Origin: Alphaproteobacteria bacterium
GTDB lineage: Bacteria > Pseudomonadota > Alphaproteobacteria > UBA11136
Assembly: GCA_030739855.1 (NCBI GenBank)
Contig: JASLYJ010000006.1
Coordinates: 1 to 61,777, forward strand
Direction of reading: 5' to 3'
DNA length: 61,777 nucleotides
Both the position numbers and the translations under genes were made by a program. Of the stretch, positions 56,471 to 61,777 are shown one piece after another. How positions within the stretch are numbered: the first letter of the stretch is position 1; the number at the start of each line of letters is the position of its first letter. The notes under the pieces are model-generated. The model was given only the letters and a program-made list of their open reading frames with translations. It made no database searches and was not told the origin of the DNA.

Positions 56471-56608
56471 TCCGTCTTTTATGGGTTTCTTTATTGTTTC
56501 TTCATTCGTTCATATAATGACCAGATTAATGAATGCTTTAGGAGACTAATATTGCTTTGGTCCGCCGTCTTACTTTTCCGCCTCCTGCTGGAAATCTAAG
56601 GAAAAGAA

Positions 56609-57493
56609 ATGTTGGAACCCCGAAAAAATTCCGTGGCTCACTTGGCCACATCTTTCAAAATTCTGACCCGGCGTTTTACTGACCTGGCTCTTGTGGGTGC
56701 TGCGCTGGGGCTAATGGTTATGGGGCGGGTAGATGTGGCTCTGATTGAACGGGTTCGCGTCACGACGGTGGATGCTGTGGCACCACTCCTTGACGCCTTG
56801 TCCCAGCCGACGGCCACTGTCTCCATAATAATTGACCGGGTACAGAAGCATATCGTCCTCGATCGGGAAATGACCTTTTTAAGACAGGAAAATGACCGTC
56901 TGAAGCACTGGCGTAATGTGGCACTTCATCTTGAGACGAAAAACCAAAAGCTGCAAAAGTTACTCAACTTCACGCCGGATCCTGCACTGAACTATATTTC
57001 GGCCCGTGTCATTGCGGACCCAGGCCGGGTCTTTGTCCGCAGTATGGTCCTTAATTCTGGAAGCAGTAGCGGGGTCAGAGAAGGCCAGGTCGCCATCACC
57101 GGAGACGGACTTTTGGGCCGGGTCGTAAAAGTGGGCTATCAGTCTTCGAGAATTCTTCTGCTCACAGACATCAACTCCCACATCCCTGTTATTACCGAAC
57201 TCTCGCCGTCACGGGCGATCCTTGTCGGGGATAATTCCGACCGACCGCAACTTGCCCATCTTCAGGCTATTACCGAAGTTACCGTGGGCGAACGCATCGT
57301 CACGTCCGGACATGGCGGGGCCTTTCCTCCGGGGATTCCAGTGGGCAAAGTGGTTTCTGCTGCCGAGGGGAACGTCCGCATCCAGCCTTTTGTGGATATG
57401 AGCAACGTGGAATATGTGCGGGTGGTGGAATCCGGCCTCAGCGGCTTTTTGCCCATGAACCCCAATTTTCTGAAGGGAGATAAAAATCCCTGA
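56609..57493 (+). CDS. mreC: rod shape-determining protein MreC
   Basis: TM plus coiled coil, GLLGRV, LLTDINS and VTSGHGGAFPPG. Confidence 0.93.
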   Translation: MLEPRKNSVAHLATSFKILTRRFTDLALVGAALGLMVMGRVDVALIERVRVTTVDAVAPLLDALSQPTATVSIIIDRVQKHIVLDREMTFLRQENDRLKHWRNVALHLETKNQKLQKLLNFTPDPALNYISARVIADPGRVFVRSMVLNSGSSSGVREGQVAITGDGLLGRVVKVGYQSSRILLLTDINSHIPVITELSPSRAILVGDNSDRPQLAHLQAITEVTVGERIVTSGHGGAFPPGIPVGKVVSAAEGNVRIQPFVDMSNVEYVRVVESGLSGFLPMNPNFLKGDKNP

Positions 57494-57996
57494 TGTTTTG
57501 GCAGCGGCTTGATCTTATCGCCCGCAGTGTTTCACCAATGGCGATAACGCTTCTTCTGGTCGTGATTAGCGCCCTGCCGATGCATATCCCTTCATTTGGG
57601 ACGGTATCGCCGATTCTTGCCCTTATAGCGGTTTATTATTGGCCCATCTTCAGGCCCGATTTGATGCCGTCTCTCGCGGTTTTTGGTGCGGGTCTTTTTC
57701 AAGATATTCTCTTCGATACTCCGCTTGGGGCCTTTGCCCTAATTTTCTTGCTGGTCCGTATGTTCATCGTTTCCCAGAGGCGGTTCTTTATTGACAATTC
57801 GTTCGTAGCCATGTGGTTGGGATTTATGTTTGTCACGGCTGGTTCGCTGGCCATAATCTGGCTAATCATCTCCCTGTTTAACGTAGCATTCATTAGCCCT
57901 ACGGCGGTGGCTGTTCAGTTTTTTCTAACTCTTTTCTTGTTCCCCTGTTTCGCGTGGTTATTCTCCCGCGTTCAGCGGACTCTCCTGCGGCAGTGA
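57493..57996 (+). CDS. mreD: rod shape-determining protein MreD
   Basis: Hydrophobic; YYW..FRPDL and GLFQDIL..TPLG; lies between mreC and mrdA. Confidence 0.92.
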   Translation: MFWQRLDLIARSVSPMAITLLLVVISALPMHIPSFGTVSPILALIAVYYWPIFRPDLMPSLAVFGAGLFQDILFDTPLGAFALIFLLVRMFIVSQRRFFIDNSFVAMWLGFMFVTAGSLAIIWLIISLFNVAFISPTAVAVQFFLTLFLFPCFAWLFSRVQRTLLRQ

Positions 57997-58000
57997 TGAT

Positions 58001-59863
58001 ATGCAGCGCGAGCATACCCGGATAAAGGGGTTTTCGCGTCGTGCGGTAGTACTTGGAGGGGGGCAGGCCCTACTTTTATCCGCTCTTGTTGGGCGTCTCT
58101 ACTACCTGCAGATCATCGAATCCAGCCGATACGTCATGTTGGCAGAGGATAACCGTATCAGCCTACGTCTGCTGTCACCACCACGGGGTCGTATCACGGA
58201 TCGCAATGGTGAACTCATGGCACTGAACCGACCTAATTACATCGCGGTCTTGGTTCCGGAACTGGCGCCTGACTTGGAGACGATCCTATCCTCTCTTGAA
58301 GGGATTCTATCTATTTCAGAGCGTGAACACCTGCGCATTTTGCGTGAGGTCAGAAGCAAGCGCAGCTTCGTGCCTCTCACTATCAAGGAGAATCTTAGTT
58401 GGGAAGACGTGGCTAAAATCGAGGTCAACGCGCCGTCCTTGCCGGGGGTTTCCATCGAAGTGGGGCAGAGCCGCTATTATCCCTTTGCCGAGGCAGCAGG
58501 ACACGCGTTGGGTTACGTGGCTGCCGTCTCCAAGGAAGAACAAGGGACCGACCCCCTTCTGAGGCTTCCGGGTTCCCGCATCGGCAAGGACGGTATCGAG
58601 AAGGCCAACGACCTTGCGCTACGGGGCACGGCAGGACACAGACATATCGAAGTTGACGCCCTGGGCCGGGTTATCAGGGAAGTAGATCGGAATGAAGGAC
58701 AGTCGGGGAAAGATCTGGCCCTGACCATTGATTCCGGCCTTCAGAAATTTATTTTCCACCATCTCAAAGACATGAGCGCTATCGCTGTGGTCATGGACGC
58801 GTTAAGTGGGGAAATTTTGGCCATGGTTTCCACGCCTGGCTTCGATCCCAATGCTTTTAACGAGGGGTTGAGCACGGAAGCCTGGCACGATCTTGTCTCC
58901 AACCCCAAGGGGCCACTTATCAACAAATCCATTTCCGGGCAATACATGCCTGGTTCCACCTTCAAGATGATGGTCGCCCTGGCCGCTCTAGAAGACGAGA
59001 TCATCAGCCCCAATCAAAGATTTTTCTGCGGGGGTCATATGGAACTTGGTGACAGCCGATTCCACTGTTGGATGAAGGAAGGACACGGCGCCATGAAGAT
59101 GGTGTCGGCGCTGCAGCAATCCTGCGATGTCTATTTCTTCGAGGTGGCGCTGCGTACCGGCATTAACCGTATTTCCAAGATGGCGCGGCGCTTCGGGCTG
59201 GGGGCCAAGCTGGGGATCGACCTTCCTGGAGAACGCGACGGGCTGATGCCTACCCGTGACTGGAAATTGGCAGTCGAAGGGTCATCCTGGCAGTTGGGGG
59301 AAACACTAAATGCGGGAATTGGCCAGGGATATGTCCTTTCCACGCCTCTGCAACTGGCCGTCATGATGGCCCGGCTCGTTAATGGCGGAGTTGCGGTGGA
59401 ACCCCATGTGATCCGTAATCTGGTGAACGAAGAATCCATTTTGCAACAATCCAGACCCGTCCTTCCATCTCTGGGTATTTCTCCAGCCTCTCTTGCCATT
59501 GTAAAGCAAGGTATGGATGCCGTGGTTAATACGTCCCTAGGTACGGCATTCCGTTCACGGATAATAAAGAAGGGAAAAAAAATGGGTGGTAAGACAGGTA
59601 CCTCTCAAGTGCGTCGCATCAGTGAAAGGGAGCGGGAATCAGGTATTCTCAAGAACATAGAGCGGCCTTGGGAGGAAAGGGACCACGCCCTTTTCGTCGG
59701 TTATGCGCCCACTCAGAAGCCGCGCTTTGTAGTTTCCGTGGTGGTAGAGCATGGAGGCGGCGGATCAAAGGTGGCTGCGCCGCTGGGTAGGGATATCCTC
59801 TTAGAAACCCAACGCCGAGTCGAGGCCTTTCCCGGCAGTGGCGCGCCGCGCCGTGACGGGTAG
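58001..59863 (+). CDS. mrdA: penicillin-binding protein 2
   Basis: PPRGRITDRNG, PGSTFK, SCDVYF, KTGTSQV and DHALFV. Confidence 0.96.
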   Translation: MQREHTRIKGFSRRAVVLGGGQALLLSALVGRLYYLQIIESSRYVMLAEDNRISLRLLSPPRGRITDRNGELMALNRPNYIAVLVPELAPDLETILSSLEGILSISEREHLRILREVRSKRSFVPLTIKENLSWEDVAKIEVNAPSLPGVSIEVGQSRYYPFAEAAGHALGYVAAVSKEEQGTDPLLRLPGSRIGKDGIEKANDLALRGTAGHRHIEVDALGRVIREVDRNEGQSGKDLALTIDSGLQKFIFHHLKDMSAIAVVMDALSGEILAMVSTPGFDPNAFNEGLSTEAWHDLVSNPKGPLINKSISGQYMPGSTFKMMVALAALEDEIISPNQRFFCGGHMELGDSRFHCWMKEGHGAMKMVSALQQSCDVYFFEVALRTGINRISKMARRFGLGAKLGIDLPGERDGLMPTRDWKLAVEGSSWQLGETLNAGIGQGYVLSTPLQLAVMMARLVNGGVAVEPHVIRNLVNEESILQQSRPVLPSLGISPASLAIVKQGMDAVVNTSLGTAFRSRIIKKGKKMGGKTGTSQVRRISERERESGILKNIERPWEERDHALFVGYAPTQKPRFVVSVVVEHGGGGSKVAAPLGRDILLETQRRVEAFPGSGAPRRDG

Positions 59864-61018
59864 GTGAGCATGTCAATCCGGTATACCGATTCTTCTGAAA
59901 TGCGTCTGTCGGAAAAGCTCTGGCAGGTGAACTGGTCCATGATCATGCTGTTGTGCTTTATAGCTGCGATAGGGTTTACCATTCTCTACTCCGCGGCAAA
60001 CGGCAGCCTTGAACCTTGGGCTATGCAGCAGATGATCCGGTTCGCAGTTGGTGTGGTGATTCTGCTTGCCGCGGCCGTGGTGGATATCCGGTTCTGGCTT
60101 CGATCTGCCTACGCTTTCTATTTTCTTTCCTTGTCTCTTCTAGTGGCGATGGAGATCTTTGGCGCCTCTGGCTCGGGTGTGCAACGATGGATTGATACAG
60201 GCTTTTTCCAGTTTCAGCCCTCGGAGATCATGAAGGTGTTCCTAGTTCTGGCTCTAGCACGCTATTTCCACGGCACCGATTCCAAAAATGTAGACAAATC
60301 TATCTATCTTGTGGCTCCTCTGGCGATGACCGCGGTGCCGGCAATACTGATCATGCGCCAGCCCGATCTTGGCACGGCAACTATGCTGTTTGTAATCAGT
60401 GGCGTGATGTTTTTCCTCGCCGGGGTGCGAATCTGGAAAGTCACTCTTCTTGCCCTTGGTGCACTGGCGGCCATTCCCGTGGGATGGCAGTTCCTCCACG
60501 ACTACCAGAAGAAACGCCTTCTGGCGTTCCTCGATCCTGAATCTGACCCTCTGGGTACGGGGTATCACATCATCCAGTCGAAAATTGCTCTGGGCTCGGG
60601 AGGTGTTTTTGGCAAAGGTTTTCTTTTGGGCTCGCAAAGCCACCTCAATTTCCTACCCGAAAAACAAACCGACTTTGTTTTCACCATGCTAGCCGAGGAA
60701 TTCGGCTTTGTCGGCGCCTTTTCCCTGATCGGACTATATATGCTTCTGGTGGTATACGGGTTTTCCATCGCCTTGAAGTCGCGCAGCCATTTTGGGCGTC
60801 TGGCAGCCCTTGGTCTGACCACCACATTTTTTCTATATTTCTTCATTAATATAGCCATGGTGATGGGGGTGATCCCTGTGGCAGGGGTACCGCTACCCTT
60901 GGTTTCCTACGGCGGGACGGCCATGCTGACACTGATGTTCTCGTTTGGCATCATCACGGGGGTCCACGTACACCGTAACCAGCGTATCAGTCAGTATCAG
61001 ACGGGACAGATGGAATAA
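59864..61018 (+). CDS. rodA: rod shape-determining protein RodA
   Basis: QPSEIMK, QPDLGT, FLPEKQTDF and GVPLPLVSYGG. Confidence 0.96.
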   Translation: MSMSIRYTDSSEMRLSEKLWQVNWSMIMLLCFIAAIGFTILYSAANGSLEPWAMQQMIRFAVGVVILLAAAVVDIRFWLRSAYAFYFLSLSLLVAMEIFGASGSGVQRWIDTGFFQFQPSEIMKVFLVLALARYFHGTDSKNVDKSIYLVAPLAMTAVPAILIMRQPDLGTATMLFVISGVMFFLAGVRIWKVTLLALGALAAIPVGWQFLHDYQKKRLLAFLDPESDPLGTGYHIIQSKIALGSGGVFGKGFLLGSQSHLNFLPEKQTDFVFTMLAEEFGFVGAFSLIGLYMLLVVYGFSIALKSRSHFGRLAALGLTTTFFLYFFINIAMVMGVIPVAGVPLPLVSYGGTAMLTLMFSFGIITGVHVHRNQRISQYQTGQME

Positions 61019-61073
61019 GAGACCAATCTCGACAAGACCACGGGGCGGTGTTATACGCCGGGAATCCACTCAT

Positions 61074-61149
<76 letters not shown>

Positions 61150-61160
61150 ATAAAATCAAT

Positions 61161-61192
61161 GGCTTAGCGAGAAATCGCTAGGCCGTTGTTTT
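61161..61192 (+). terminator. hairpin or weak terminator after tRNA-Lys
   Basis: GGCTTAGCGA-GAAA-TCGCTAGGCC followed by GTTGTTTT. Confidence 0.55.
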
Positions 61193-61217
61193 ATCTAGGG
61201 AGCACATAGGGAGCACG

Positions 61218-61325
61218 GGGCAGGGCACCCTTACCACTCCCTATAGGGACATATATGTCGGTGAATGGAAGGATGGCAAAAAACACGGGCAGGGCACCAT
61301 GACCTATGCCGAGTGTATCGCGTAG
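61218..61325 (+). pseudogene. MORN-repeat gene fragment lacking its 5' end
   Basis: Reads GQGTLTTPYRDIYVGEWKDGKKHGQGTMTYAECIA*. No start codon lies between the in-frame TAG at 61179 and the repeat. Confidence 0.7.
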
Positions 61326-61446
61326 GGTTTATTTAGGTTTTTGCACGTTTGTGCAACTGATAGTAGACACTTTATGTGGCTTCGATCAAATTTACACGGC
61401 ACAGATCACGGCTAGAACTCCGTCCCATCGCTTCAATTTTTATCAC

Positions 61447-61776
61447 CTACTCTAAGAACTCACCGTCACGAAACATTCCCTTGAGGACCCCTCCATCGGC
61501 AAAGGTAAAGGTGCCCTGCCCATGCCATTTGCCATCCTTAAATCTACCGACGTATTTAGCCCCATCGGGAGCGGTAGCGGTGCCCTGCCCATGCATTTTG
61601 CCATTCTTCAATCCACCGGAGTATTTAGTTCCATCGGGATAGGTAATGATGCCCTTCCCGTGTGATTTGCCATCCTTCCATTCACCGACGTATTCGTGCC
61701 CACTGGGAGAGATAAAGGTGCCTGCGCAATTGGTCCAAGTTGTTGACACGGTGCTCCCACAGGGAGGCAGGCTCCA
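61447..61776 (-). CDS. MORN-repeat protein, 5' end beyond the window
   Basis: Repeats of YxGxxKxGKxHGxG. Frame stays open upstream of 61749 to the window edge (…WSLPPCGSTVSTTWTNCAGT). Confidence 0.85.
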   Translation of the reverse strand, partial: WSLPPCGSTVSTTWTNCAGTFISPSGHEYVGEWKDGKSHGKGIITYPDGTKYSGGLKNGKMHGQGTATAPDGAKYVGRFKDGKWHGQGTFTFADGGVLKGMFRDGEFLE

Positions 61777-61777
61777 C

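Noticed and set aside
56526-56540. CtrA-like site TTAA-N7-TTTA before mreC (also TTAA-N8-TTAA at 466-481)
   Set aside because: Mismatch or wrong spacing in AT-rich DNA; consistent with chance.
61224-61722. Diversity-generating retroelement (TR/VR pair) interpretation of the MORN homology
   Set aside because: Only 6 of 17 mismatches fall at adenines of the fragment, and there is no reverse transcriptase in the window.

Overview
This is alphaproteobacterial chromosomal DNA. The gene order suggests a Rhodospirillales-like organism, which is an inference. Most of the window is core housekeeping. It carries a PAS/SARP-type regulator and tRNA-Glu(CTC); ligA-recN-bamD-lpxC; a complete dcw cluster; rnpB; amidase, EamA and M48 protease genes; an AT-richer islet of surface proteins (~31.1-34.4 kb); aldolase, DUF4169, AsmA, RHH and class I fumarase genes; sspB with a two-piece permuted tmRNA; thyX; mrp; hflKC-degP; miaA; ilvIHC-leuA; mreBCD-mrdA-rodA; tRNA-Lys(CTT); and a MORN-repeat gene cut by the window end. 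The most notable observation is that ftsZ is not in its canonical ftsA-ftsZ-lpxC slot but lies between rsmH and ftsL, third in the dcw operon. The operon's upstream region has four MraZ-type repeats and a perfect alphaproteobacterial LexA box. Other points of interest are a probable thermonuclease-gene remnant with a 9-bp duplication at the islet edge, a GA microsatellite upstream of outer-membrane protein genes, an att-like tRNA-Lys flank holding an inverted MORN fragment, two small genes missing from the ORF track, and an apparent excess of CTAG. I found no CRISPR array, integrase, transposase or reverse transcriptase. All family assignments come from motif recognition by eye, not database searches.
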